Positions 29,452-38,113 of a DNA stretch of 44,806 nucleotides are shown piece after piece. Origin of the DNA: a virus (lineage: Duplodnaviria > Caudoviricetes); IMG/VR virus record IMGVR_UViG_3300020045_008475, positions 1 through 44,806 of that record. One strand, given 5' to 3'. The notes under the pieces were generated by a model that had not been told where the DNA came from, ran no database searches, and saw only the letters and a program-made list of their open reading frames with translations. Position 1 is the stretch's first letter, and every line of letters begins with the position of its first letter. The translations under genes were made by a program, and so were the position numbers.

Positions 29452-29940
29452 ATGAGCTTATACACAGCAGTCAAGGCGTTTATAGACAATAACGTAAGGA
29501 ACAAAACCCCTTTGGTGGTAAAAGTCGAGCTTGCCGATACATTGCAGGCCATGCTTGATGATGGCTATTTCAACGGAACCGAGAACCAAACGAACCAAAT
29601 CTACACAACAAAGTCGGGAACGTCGATCACCTATACCCTTACCATCGTGAAATCGAACGGCATCGCAACGGCAAATGTAACGATCGCAAATACAACGGGT
29701 TCGAATATTGCCCCCGGCACGGCTGTTTTTACGTGGAACTCATTTGTGGGCGGTCTGGCAAATGAACTGACCCCTATTGCGGGATTCACGGCCAAGGGGC
29801 GCGGGTTCGATGTTGGCAACAATACCGACTATTCCGTGCAGTTCCAGATGAACCCAACAGGAATGACCCTGCTGACGGGAATGGCTGCGGGATATACCTA
29901 CAACTGCGATACAATAACATGGGCAACCAATAAAAACTAA
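29452..29940 (+). CDS. Tail-associated structural protein
   Basis: Thr/Gly-rich beta protein in tail module. Confidence 0.6.
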   Translation: MSLYTAVKAFIDNNVRNKTPLVVKVELADTLQAMLDDGYFNGTENQTNQIYTTKSGTSITYTLTIVKSNGIATANVTIANTTGSNIAPGTAVFTWNSFVGGLANELTPIAGFTAKGRGFDVGNNTDYSVQFQMNPTGMTLLTGMAAGYTYNCDTITWATNKN

Positions 29941-29942
29941 TT

Positions 29943-30989
29943 ATGGACGCATTTTTAATACCAAACGCGGTTGCAGAATACAGGCAGAACCTAATGCCTT
30001 ACCTTTCGACGTTCGAACACGTGATTGCGGACACAACGATGTCGGGCAGCGGGAATGTTACCTTTGACACGGATTACGCCTTTGAGGGGTTACAGTCGTT
30101 GAAAATAACATCAAGCAGCAACACAACCCCATACGTTTTCAATTTCGGCAACAAATTAAAATACCCGACACCGCACGATGGGCGTTATACATTGGCGGTT
30201 CGCGTACTGCATACAATGACCACCCCGCTTGCCCATCAATTGACAATCAGGATAAGCAAGGACAATGTTTTCAGCGGAGACCCAGAGGACGATATTGTGC
30301 TTACAATCGACCCGACACACCAAAAGGAGGTTTGGGCGATCTACACGGGCAATTTCAACGCAACGGCAGGACAGGAAATTGATTTCCAGTTTTACAAATT
30401 GAACGCCACATCGGGCAGCGCGTCTATTTGGATTGACGGGTTCAAGGTGGAGTTTGCAACTCCAAACGTTGACTTGCAGATCAATCCGAGCGCATACACA
30501 TTCCCTGCAACCTACCCGAGACTGAATGCATTGTACCAATACGAGAACAATTCGGCCGTTGTGTCTGCTTCTGCCGATACGTGGACTACAATGGAGAATG
30601 ACGGATTGGGGGCGGCAACCGACATAAACAAATTCCCGTATCTTGACAACCTTTTCAATACATCGTTAAACCAGATTGACGCAAGCGGACTGGATAGCGG
30701 GGATGCAATTGTGTTGCAGGCGCAGATAACAGCCACGACCACCGCAAGCAACCAAATGATTGAAGTTAGGGCTATATTCGGCGAGGGATTGGGCGGTGTT
30801 TACACGCGGCTATTGACGCACGGGATTAATGGCAACACGCCAGCCGGTACATTCTCGTTTCCGGTATTCGCTTTATTGCAAGCAGACAAGTCGAAACCCG
30901 TCAAGATACAGATAAGGTCAACAGCGGACTTGGATGATGTTTCGCTCGATTTGCTTACATTGTCAGTCAACAAATTAATCGGTAAGTAA
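29943..30989 (+). CDS. Tail protein with carbohydrate-binding-like jelly-roll domains
   Basis: AFEGLQSLKIT...IWIDGFKVE pattern. Confidence 0.6.
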   Translation: MDAFLIPNAVAEYRQNLMPYLSTFEHVIADTTMSGSGNVTFDTDYAFEGLQSLKITSSSNTTPYVFNFGNKLKYPTPHDGRYTLAVRVLHTMTTPLAHQLTIRISKDNVFSGDPEDDIVLTIDPTHQKEVWAIYTGNFNATAGQEIDFQFYKLNATSGSASIWIDGFKVEFATPNVDLQINPSAYTFPATYPRLNALYQYENNSAVVSASADTWTTMENDGLGAATDINKFPYLDNLFNTSLNQIDASGLDSGDAIVLQAQITATTTASNQMIEVRAIFGEGLGGVYTRLLTHGINGNTPAGTFSFPVFALLQADKSKPVKIQIRSTADLDDVSLDLLTLSVNKLIGK

Positions 30990-32647
30990 TGCCAAAGCCA
31001 TTTTTAATAGTAAAGAACGCCAACGAGGAATACAACTGGTCTCATTTCGAGAGGGATGCGACGACGGGGAATGTTTTGAACGATTACTCGCTTTCTCCAT
31101 TATCGATGGAGACCACAAACGGTGTTTTTCAGGTTCAATCCTTAAACGGTGCGGAGAAGCAAGAGTACGTTTGGACTGATATTGAATTACGAGACGATTT
31201 CAGCGGGGTAACTGGAACGCCATATTTTCCGACGAGTGCCAATGATTTGCGTAATTGGCTCATTTCTAAAAAATATCCTGCATATGCTTATTTGTTCGCT
31301 ACTTCTGGCGGCATACAAAGCATCGTTGAGGGAACAAACATTACTGTTGACAATACAGATCCGTTAAATCCAATTGTATCTTCTACTGGCGGCGGTTTTT
31401 CATCACTCCAACAAATGTACGATGACAATCCAAACAAAGTTCAATTGACGGACGGCACGAATACTATGTCGCTTGATCCGCTGAATGTGTTTGTCTCTAC
31501 CGACTTGGGTGCTGGAGAGGGTTCGGTTGTAGGCAGTCAGGATGTAAGCGGATTAGGGGCTTATACACAGATTGAAAATGATGGTTCTAACTTTTTGGCC
31601 AAGGTTATTGCGGAGGATAGCGGAAACGGAACTGGCGCACAATTGGTAAGCACAGGCAAAATCCTAATAACAAGAGCAGACGGGGCAGTAGAAATAAAAT
31701 CCGATAACATATCTGCCAACCAAGATCACCAACTACCAGACGGAACAGGCACATACGGCCTTTCCGTAAAAGTCAACGGTGTTTCATATCCTTTCAACGC
31801 GGACGGGGAAACAGATGATATTCCAGTTGGCGGCGGTGGTGCAGTTTCGTCGGTAAACAGTCAAACGGGCGCGGTTGTACTTGATGCCGACGATATATCA
31901 GACAGCGGCACAACAAATAAGTGGACTAATTCAACTGAAAAAGCGACCTGGAACGGCAAACAAGACGCGTTAAGTGGAACAGGTTATAGTAAGTGGTCTG
32001 GAACAACCCCGGGTTATGTTTCGCAGATTCCATTATCTACGGATGTTACGGGCGTTTTGCCTGCTGCAAATGGCGGGGCGGGAACGGTAAACGGTATTTT
32101 AAAAGCAAACGGGTCAGGAACGGTAAGTCAAGCGGTAAGCGGAACGGATTACAATGTTTCGCAGGTGCAGAACACCGTTACAACACCGTCAACAACACTT
32201 GCATCGAGCACTACTGCAATGAAAACGTATATTGACGCCAAGAGATACGCCACATACGAGTTTAAGGCTTCTGCGTTCTCACCTCCAGACAATTCAATAT
32301 ACTATTTTTCAAATAACAACAATGCCGCGCCACAGACCACATCTGCGACCCAATACGTTGTAGCCACCTGTCCTGCAACTACGATAAATTGGAGTTGTAC
32401 GATACGGATCACGTCTATTGTTTCGTCAGGCGAGGATGCCACAATAAAGATAAGGAACATAACCACAGGTGTTACCGTTACGCTCACGACAACAATGGAG
32501 ACAAATGCGGCTTTCAATATGGCTTTCGGAACTGCGGCATTGGTAATATCTGCGGGGGACACACTTGAGGTAATATTTGAAGCCCCTACATACGCAACAA
32601 ATCCAACAAACCTTTTTATGTACACGTTGGTCAGTACTAATAACTAA
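30989..32647 (+). CDS. Tail fibre/receptor-binding protein
   Basis: IVEGTNITVDNTDPLNPIVS, VSSVNSQTGAVVL, WNGKQDAL, VTGVLPAANGG fibre motifs. Confidence 0.8.
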   Translation: MPKPFLIVKNANEEYNWSHFERDATTGNVLNDYSLSPLSMETTNGVFQVQSLNGAEKQEYVWTDIELRDDFSGVTGTPYFPTSANDLRNWLISKKYPAYAYLFATSGGIQSIVEGTNITVDNTDPLNPIVSSTGGGFSSLQQMYDDNPNKVQLTDGTNTMSLDPLNVFVSTDLGAGEGSVVGSQDVSGLGAYTQIENDGSNFLAKVIAEDSGNGTGAQLVSTGKILITRADGAVEIKSDNISANQDHQLPDGTGTYGLSVKVNGVSYPFNADGETDDIPVGGGGAVSSVNSQTGAVVLDADDISDSGTTNKWTNSTEKATWNGKQDALSGTGYSKWSGTTPGYVSQIPLSTDVTGVLPAANGGAGTVNGILKANGSGTVSQAVSGTDYNVSQVQNTVTTPSTTLASSTTAMKTYIDAKRYATYEFKASAFSPPDNSIYYFSNNNNAAPQTTSATQYVVATCPATTINWSCTIRITSIVSSGEDATIKIRNITTGVTVTLTTTMETNAAFNMAFGTAALVISAGDTLEVIFEAPTYATNPTNLFMYTLVSTNN

Positions 32648-32661
32648 AAAAAACAATACCT

Positions 32662-33153
32662 ATGAAAAAAACATTACTTTTATTTTCCGCAGCATTAGTG
32701 GTTTTGAGCCTATCCAGCTTCAAGACAATGCAGGAATACCTTTCTTTACCGCAATGGGTAACCGTTGAGGCCTTAACCGTATCTGGTATGGGTCAAAACT
32801 CAACATGGCCGACCGCAACACCAACAAATGTACTGGGTGTCGGATCAAACGGCGACGTTGTAAAAATGCCAATCCCGACTGGAGCAACATTCCTTTCAAA
32901 CGTAACGCTCACCCAATCCGCTCCCTTGGTGTTGCTTGGTGCAGGCGTAAGGAAAGCGACAATTACGGGCGTGACCGGATTGCTTGCAGGCGACCGGGTT
33001 GTATTGACACCCACGGCATCAACACCAACGGGATATGCGATTGGCGATTGTGTCGCCACAGCCAACGGAACGCTTGAGGTTTCCTTTACCGCCCCTGCAC
33101 TCGCAATAGGCGCGTCGTTCTCGATCCCGTGCAAGGTCACAGTTTTCAGATAA
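32662..33153 (+). CDS. Hypothetical protein with signal-like N-terminus and beta-rich domain
   Basis: 163 aa after tail fibre. Confidence 0.65.
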   Translation: MKKTLLLFSAALVVLSLSSFKTMQEYLSLPQWVTVEALTVSGMGQNSTWPTATPTNVLGVGSNGDVVKMPIPTGATFLSNVTLTQSAPLVLLGAGVRKATITGVTGLLAGDRVVLTPTASTPTGYAIGDCVATANGTLEVSFTAPALAIGASFSIPCKVTVFR

Positions 33154-33218
33154 AAATACCACACATAACCGCCCGATGCAAAAACGCCAGTTTGTTGAAG
33201 GTTTAAATTTTTGATGGT

Positions 33219-33473
33219 ATGAGAAAAGCCAAACGTTACCTAGTATTTTCAATGATACTAGCAATATTGGGTGTGTTTACCTGCGCGGGAGGCGCATGGA
33301 CTTACAGCCACCCAAAACCAATCAATCCAATCCCAGCCTCGACAATTATTGTAAGGGATCGGATAAACGAAATTACATTCAAGAATCATTGGAATGATGG
33401 TGAAATCTTTATCCAACACCCTGACGGCACGTGGTCGCGGGGAATATTTATCAACTATAAAAACAAGAATTAA
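33219..33473 (+). CDS. Hypothetical membrane-anchored protein
   Basis: N-terminal hydrophobic helix. Confidence 0.55.
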   Translation: MRKAKRYLVFSMILAILGVFTCAGGAWTYSHPKPINPIPASTIIVRDRINEITFKNHWNDGEIFIQHPDGTWSRGIFINYKNKN

Positions 33474-33475
33474 AA

Positions 33476-33697
33476 ATGAGTATCTTAAGATTTTTGGCAA
33501 CAGGAAACGCAAACCAAGTGGTATTGCAATGGCAGAATGACAATGCACTAATGAGCAAGGCAGATTTCAAGGCTTTGGACAATGCTGCGGTAACGGATGA
33601 GGCAACTTGGGGCGCAGGCAATGTATTTACCGAAAGCCTTGACTTGGTTGCAATTGGCCCACGCGGAACAAAGCCACACGGAAACACACCCTTGTAA
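33476..33697 (+). CDS. Hypothetical protein
   Basis: 73 aa; TAATG overlap with next gene. Confidence 0.6.
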   Translation: MSILRFLATGNANQVVLQWQNDNALMSKADFKALDNAAVTDEATWGAGNVFTESLDLVAIGPRGTKPHGNTPL

Positions 33698-34146
33698 TGC
33701 TTAGGCGAATATCAAACAACAACCTTATAATCCTGCTGACGGCATACGCGGCAGGATTATTTGTCATTGAGGCACTCGGTAGGTTATGGTACATCAAATC
33801 ATCGTCATTGGTGGACGAGCTTTTTTATTTCGCGGTTGTTTGTGTGTTGGCAATAAGGAACGCCTATGAATCGACAGTTTGGGATCGAAAGATTTACAAG
33901 GTTATGCTTGGGGCTAATTTTGCCCTATCCGTTATCGGGATATACGATGCACTATGTGTTTGGGGCATCAAGAGCAGTTATTTGTTTATTGGCTATACGG
34001 ATAAGGAGTTTGGCGAGGTAGAGCAACAGATAAGCCAATACACGGGCTATATGTACTGCAACTTCATTGTTTGGATGATTGTCCTTACACCTTTGTTCGC
34101 CTTGGCATTGGTGAAGGGAACGGATTATTTGCGCAGGACAAGTTAA
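33697..34146 (+). CDS. Multi-pass membrane protein
   Basis: About four hydrophobic segments. Confidence 0.7.
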   Translation: MLRRISNNNLIILLTAYAAGLFVIEALGRLWYIKSSSLVDELFYFAVVCVLAIRNAYESTVWDRKIYKVMLGANFALSVIGIYDALCVWGIKSSYLFIGYTDKEFGEVEQQISQYTGYMYCNFIVWMIVLTPLFALALVKGTDYLRRTS

Positions 34147-34247
34147 TTTATATTCATTCTAAACATATTTATTTATAAGTTTACAACTCGCGAAAACTAA
34201 CAATTTAAATGCCTTCGGTCTTTCGCGAGCTGGGGGCATTATTTTTT
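34146..34247 (+). promoter_or_regulatory. Box + promoter + pseudoknot leader
   Basis: Box 34146-34164; TAAGTTTA 34176-34183; CTCGCGAAA 34187-34195 complementary to TTTCGCGAG 34221-34229 in hairpin 34208-34240. Confidence 0.8.
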
Positions 34248-34261
34248 AAAACTTATTTATT

Positions 34262-34459
34262 ATGAAAAAAACAGGAATTATTGCATTCGCTATTTATAGC
34301 TTAATTTTTTTATGCTCGGTTTATGGTTGGGCAAGATGTGTTTACAAAATGGTAAAATGTAACTGGGAGCCAATTGGAAAGGCAGAGGTGCTTTACACGG
34401 TAGGAACATTTACAGGTGTTGGGGCTATCATTGGTTGGTTTGACATTGAAGATAATTAA
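34262..34459 (+). CDS. Small two-helix membrane protein (moron)
   Basis: YGW...C.WE...KAEVLYTVG...GAIIGW; own promoter and terminator. Confidence 0.75.
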   Translation: MKKTGIIAFAIYSLIFLCSVYGWARCVYKMVKCNWEPIGKAEVLYTVGTFTGVGAIIGWFDIEDN

Positions 34460-34513
34460 TACAATAAACGACCCCAATCCAACGTTATCCACAGTTAAGT
34501 TGAGTTAATTCCC

Positions 34514-34546
34514 GCCACCAAGTCACCTACTGCTTGGTGGCTGTTT
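34514..34546 (+). terminator. Probable intrinsic terminator
   Basis: GCCACCAAG...CTTGGTGGC followed by TGTTT. Confidence 0.65.
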
Positions 34547-34547
34547 A

Positions 34548-34585
34548 ATTTATATTGGTTCTTAATAGGGAATTGCGTAGGTTTG
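34548..34585 (+). promoter_or_regulatory. Box + promoter of tmRNA gene
   Basis: ATTTATATTGGTTCTTAAT 34548-34566; TAGGTTTG 34578-34585. Confidence 0.75.
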
Positions 34586-34590
34586 TACCA

Positions 34591-34889
34591 GTTCGTTGAT
34601 ATGTTATTGAAAACTGTTTGGACGCGGGTTCGATTCCCGCCAACTCCACAATTTCAAGTTTGTAGTTAGCTTGTTATTTTCGCTATACAATTATGGAAAG
34701 AGGTAGTCGCTATTTTAACTATGGAAAGACGCCTCTAGTTTTAGGGGTTGACTGGTTTTGACAGCAGTACAGTAGGTAATAAGGAGAGCCAAAAACAATA
34801 ACAGGCAAAGTAATTAGCCTTAACAATGCACCGCTCAGAGCAGTAGCATAAGTTACGAAACTTAGGGAGCGCGAAAGGCTCCCTTTTTT
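34591..34889 (+). ncRNA. ssrA: Circularly permuted two-piece tmRNA (acceptor piece ~34591-34648, intervening segment 34649-34743, coding piece 34744-~34885)
   Basis: T-arm GCGGGTTCGATTCCCGC and CAACTCCA lie upstream of GGGGTTGACTGGTTTTGAC; 7-bp acceptor stem with G3-U70; tag frame GGC...TAA 34804-34851 = GKVISLNNAPLRAVA. Confidence 0.9.
34864..34889 (+). terminator. tmRNA terminator
   Basis: AGGGAGC...GCTCCCT followed by T-run. Confidence 0.85.
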
Positions 34890-34956
34890 CTTTACAATTT
34901 TTACCCCCGTTTCGCGTTATTTAATATCTTTGGCTTACTAATCAAACATTTACACT

Positions 34957-35241
34957 ATGCTAAAATGGCTTAAAGAGCGCAACAACTGGCACTATATCGG
35001 TGGCGCAATACTTGAGATTACCTGTTACCTTATTGCATTCCAAGCCTATCAGTTCATCGGAAAGTTCCTGATCGCGACAATCATTGTTTCAGTCGGTTGT
35101 TTTGTTTGGGAAATGTTCTGGGCAGATTACAAAAACATCAAGCAGGATATGAACGACGTGAAAAAAGGAATCATCGCGGCAGTTGTAACTGGCGTTTTGT
35201 GTGTGATTACCAACTACCTTATAGTCGGAGAGTTCCGATAA
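34957..35241 (+). CDS. Membrane protein of lysis region
   Basis: Three hydrophobic helices; TATCTTTG promoter at 34925-34932. Confidence 0.7.
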   Translation: MLKWLKERNNWHYIGGAILEITCYLIAFQAYQFIGKFLIATIIVSVGCFVWEMFWADYKNIKQDMNDVKKGIIAAVVTGVLCVITNYLIVGEFR

Positions 35242-35273
35242 TTCATTAACCAATTTTAAAAACCAACAACATT

Positions 35274-35552
35274 ATGGGAAAAACAATCTTATCAGAACAG
35301 TTTAGCTGGAACTTGCGCGACTTCTTCAAGGGCGCAATCGTCGCTGTATTGGCAACCATCGTTCCAATCGTAAACGCCACAATCGAAAGCGGTGTACTTA
35401 CCTTTGATTGGAAGGCAATTGGCTTGGCGGCATTGGGTGGCTTCACGGCTTACCTAATCAAGAATTTCCTTGAGCCTACAAAAGTCATTGAGGTCAAGCC
35501 AACAGAGGCCAAGATCGAAGCGGCTAAGGCCAAGATAGAGAACCAAGCGTAA
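35274..35552 (+). CDS. Putative holin
   Basis: Two TM helices (DFFKGAIVAVL, FDWKAIGLAALGGFTAYLIKNF) and charged C-terminus. Confidence 0.7.
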   Translation: MGKTILSEQFSWNLRDFFKGAIVAVLATIVPIVNATIESGVLTFDWKAIGLAALGGFTAYLIKNFLEPTKVIEVKPTEAKIEAAKAKIENQA

Positions 35553-35728
35553 TGAAAGTCGAGTTCTACCGTACAAAGGTATGGAAGCAATGGCGGTGGC
35601 GAATCAAAGCCGCAAACAACCGAATTATTGGTTCAAGCTCGGAAGGGTATTGGAACAAAAAAGACTGCGAACACAATCTTGAGTTGAATTATAACGCCTT
35701 AAAACAATACTATGCAAACAACAACTAG
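35552..35728 (+). CDS. YegP/DUF1508-family small protein (58 aa, not in ORF track)
   Basis: QWRWRIKAANNRIIGSSSEGYWNKKDC matches the family pattern; TAATG-coupled start. Confidence 0.8.
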   Translation: MKVEFYRTKVWKQWRWRIKAANNRIIGSSSEGYWNKKDCEHNLELNYNALKQYYANNN

Positions 35729-35799
35729 CGCCCCACAATACGATCCCAACAACATGGACTGCACAGCGACAATCGTTGCGCCAAATGGCAATGAAACCA

Positions 35800-36033
35800 A
35801 TGCGTAAGTTCACAAAGGCAACAGAAAACACCGCGAATGATCTTGTAGGGGAGATTGTTTGCGGGTTTTTATTTGCGATCATCGCAGTCAATATGCTGTT
35901 CTTTGATTTGTGGCACGACTGGACAGGTGTTAAGGCAGATAAATTCTACGGGTCATTGATAATCCTGGCAATTCCGTTTGCGTTCGGCTTTGTGATGTTC
36001 CGCGTGAGGGTTGGCAAGAAATTGAGCCCGTAA
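35800..36033 (+). CDS. Small two-helix membrane protein
   Basis: Two hydrophobic segments; ATG 35800. Confidence 0.6.
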   Translation: MRKFTKATENTANDLVGEIVCGFLFAIIAVNMLFFDLWHDWTGVKADKFYGSLIILAIPFAFGFVMFRVRVGKKLSP

Positions 36034-36166
36034 TTTATATTGTTTCTAAACAAAATAGGATATATGTTTGCAAAGTAGTCCGTCAGCTACTTCTAAAATT
36101 TAGTTAGTAAATTCTAACTTTGAGAAAAGGCTTGGCATTCTGACGGATGTTGAGCCTTTCTCTTTT
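36033..36166 (+). promoter_or_regulatory. Box + promoter + kissing-loop leader
   Basis: Box 36033-36051; TATGTTTG 36063-36070; TCCGTCAG 36079-36086 (loop of AAGTAG/CTACTT) complementary to CTGACGGA 36140-36147 in hairpin 36122-36162. Confidence 0.8.
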
Positions 36167-36180
36167 AAAATTATAGTGTT

Positions 36181-36795
36181 ATGCCAACAGGTTACACAGC
36201 AGGAATCTTAGATGGAACCATTAAAGAATTCCCCGATTTTGCAAAATTATGTATGAGGGCTTTTGGAGCCACGGTTATGATGAGAGATGAACCTCTTTAT
36301 AAAGAATGGGTGCCACGGGTTCCAAGTGATTATCATCTAAAAGCAATTGAAAAAGCAAATTCAGATCTTGAAAAAGCTAAATCATCTTCCGATGAAGATA
36401 TTTTAGCAACTGTTCGTGTCGATTTGCTTAAAAGTAAATATTATCATGAAAAAAGCATTATTGATTGTAGTGAAAAACATAAACGACTTGACAACATTCT
36501 TATTAAAGCAGAATCCTTTATCCCACCAACACCAGAACACGAAGGCATAAAGGAATTTATGATTAAGCAGTTGAAAGACACTATTTCTTTTGATGCATCT
36601 GATAGTTATCACGTAGAAAACCTTGAAAGAATAATCTATAAATTGAATTCACTTTCAGCCAGAAACGAACGCGCTGAATTAATTTCAATAGCAAATAAAA
36701 AATTATCTTACCATACTCTTGAATACGAAAAAGAATTACAGCGTTGCGAAGAATCAAACAAATGGGTTAATGAGTTTATTTCAGCAATACAATAA
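36181..36795 (+). CDS. Hypothetical coiled-coil phage protein (moron)
   Basis: MPTGYTA...CMRAFGA...MRD N-terminus; AT-rich; own promoter and terminator. Confidence 0.8.
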   Translation: MPTGYTAGILDGTIKEFPDFAKLCMRAFGATVMMRDEPLYKEWVPRVPSDYHLKAIEKANSDLEKAKSSSDEDILATVRVDLLKSKYYHEKSIIDCSEKHKRLDNILIKAESFIPPTPEHEGIKEFMIKQLKDTISFDASDSYHVENLERIIYKLNSLSARNERAELISIANKKLSYHTLEYEKELQRCEESNKWVNEFISAIQ

Positions 36796-36801
36796 CACCA
36801 C

Positions 36802-36830
36802 AATCCCGCCCTCAACAAGCGGGATTTTTT
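36802..36830 (+). terminator. Intrinsic terminator
   Basis: AATCCCGC...GCGGGATT followed by T-run. Confidence 0.85.
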
Positions 36831-36912
36831 ACATATAACAATTTATTGCCACAGTGAACGTTCTAATAAATAAAATTGACTAAGTTTGTAATTAGATTAG
36901 CCCCAATGCTAT

Positions 36913-37329
36913 ATGAGCCAAAAATTGAATGCGATTAAGAGTTTTGCCAATTGGTTCAAACAGCAGGGACGTACATACCAAACAACCATAGTAATTGGAG
37001 TTGCCGCTGTATTTTGCGTAACAACCGTTTTTGGTGTAATAAGCATCGTGAAAACCGTTGAGGCCACAAGGTACAGCGACAAGTGCAAAGACTATGACAG
37101 GATCGTTAAGGATTTTGCCGATTACAAAACGTTGTCGGAGACGAGATTGGCAAATCAGGAAAGGGAGTGTAAGGAAGACGTTGATTATGTAAGAAAGGAA
37201 AACGATAACCTGAAAATTGAAAATCGGGTTATGGTTCGTGAAGCACTTGCGGATCTAAAGCAAAAAGTCAAGGATTACGAACATCAACTTTCTTTAAAAA
37301 ATGGTAAAAAACTACTCAAAGATGAATAA
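36913..37329 (+). CDS. Membrane-anchored coiled-coil protein (lysis region)
   Basis: One TM helix plus coiled coil; TAAGTTTG promoter at 36881-36888. Confidence 0.65.
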   Translation: MSQKLNAIKSFANWFKQQGRTYQTTIVIGVAAVFCVTTVFGVISIVKTVEATRYSDKCKDYDRIVKDFADYKTLSETRLANQERECKEDVDYVRKENDNLKIENRVMVREALADLKQKVKDYEHQLSLKNGKKLLKDE

Positions 37330-37606
37330 CGCCAGTATCATCATAACTGCCGCGTTTCTGGGCTTGATAGCCGCAGGGGCAACGCGAAAGGAAAACAACC
37401 AGCCGATCATTAAAGCCACACCACAGCTTTCGCAGATTGCGCCAAATTACAACTACCACGCGCCAAAGGAACAACTGCCCGATTACAAGGCCTTACAGGA
37501 TGCAAGGGATTGGCTGAAAAGCGAAACAGAAAGGCTAAAAGCATTGAACAGGCATCGACAAGACAGCATTGAAAGAGCCAATAGGGTTTTGGTTGCTGAA
37601 AATTAA
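37322..37606 (+). CDS. Membrane-anchored/secreted hypothetical protein
   Basis: N-terminal hydrophobic helix. Confidence 0.6.
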   Translation: MNNASIIITAAFLGLIAAGATRKENNQPIIKATPQLSQIAPNYNYHAPKEQLPDYKALQDARDWLKSETERLKALNRHRQDSIERANRVLVAEN

Positions 37607-37615
37607 CAATAGCCT

Positions 37616-38113
37616 ATGACACCAGATCAATTCGTCAAGTACTACTATCCTCACGCCAAAAAGGTACAGGACAAAACAGGGATTTCTGCAATCGCACTAC
37701 TTGCACAATCCGCACACGAAACGGGGTGGGGCAAAAAGGCTGTCGGAAATATGATGTTTGGCGTAAAAGACACGGACGGGTTAAATGGAAACGAGCAGTT
37801 GATTACAACGACCGAGTTCCACAGTACAAACAAGGTGAAATATCCCGTCATACTTTCAATAACGAAAGTGGGAGCCAGATTCAAATATCTTATAAAGGAT
37901 TGGTTTCGAAAATATGACAGTGCACAGCAATCTTTTGCCGACCACGCAGAATTTATACGAAAAAACCCGAGATACAATCTTGCATGGACTATGCGAGCAG
38001 ACCCAAAATTGTTTTTGCAACTGGTTGCCCGTGCAGGATATGCCACTGACCCTAATTACGAAGCCTTGATGATGCAAATGATTACGTCCGTAAAGAAACG
38101 ACTTCCGAAGTAA
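37616..38113 (+). CDS. Endolysin, GH73 glucosaminidase (FlgJ-like)
   Basis: AQSAHETGWG, NMMFGVK, FRKYDS, NPRY, GYATDPNY. Confidence 0.93.
   Translation: MTPDQFVKYYYPHAKKVQDKTGISAIALLAQSAHETGWGKKAVGNMMFGVKDTDGLNGNEQLITTTEFHSTNKVKYPVILSITKVGARFKYLIKDWFRKYDSAQQSFADHAEFIRKNPRYNLAWTMRADPKLFLQLVARAGYATDPNYEALMMQMITSVKKRLPK

Noticed and set aside
30989-33473. Diversity-generating retroelement or invertible tail-fibre system
   Set aside because: No reverse transcriptase, invertase or template/variable repeat pair is visible.
34620-34650. attP fragment for integration into host ssrA or a tRNA gene
   Set aside because: No integrase is recognisable, and the complementary 5' half, tag frame, promoter and terminator are all present, which fits a complete permuted gene better.
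34591-34650. Stand-alone tRNA gene
   Set aside because: Has a T-arm and 3' acceptor strand but no upstream 5' acceptor strand, D-arm or anticodon arm.
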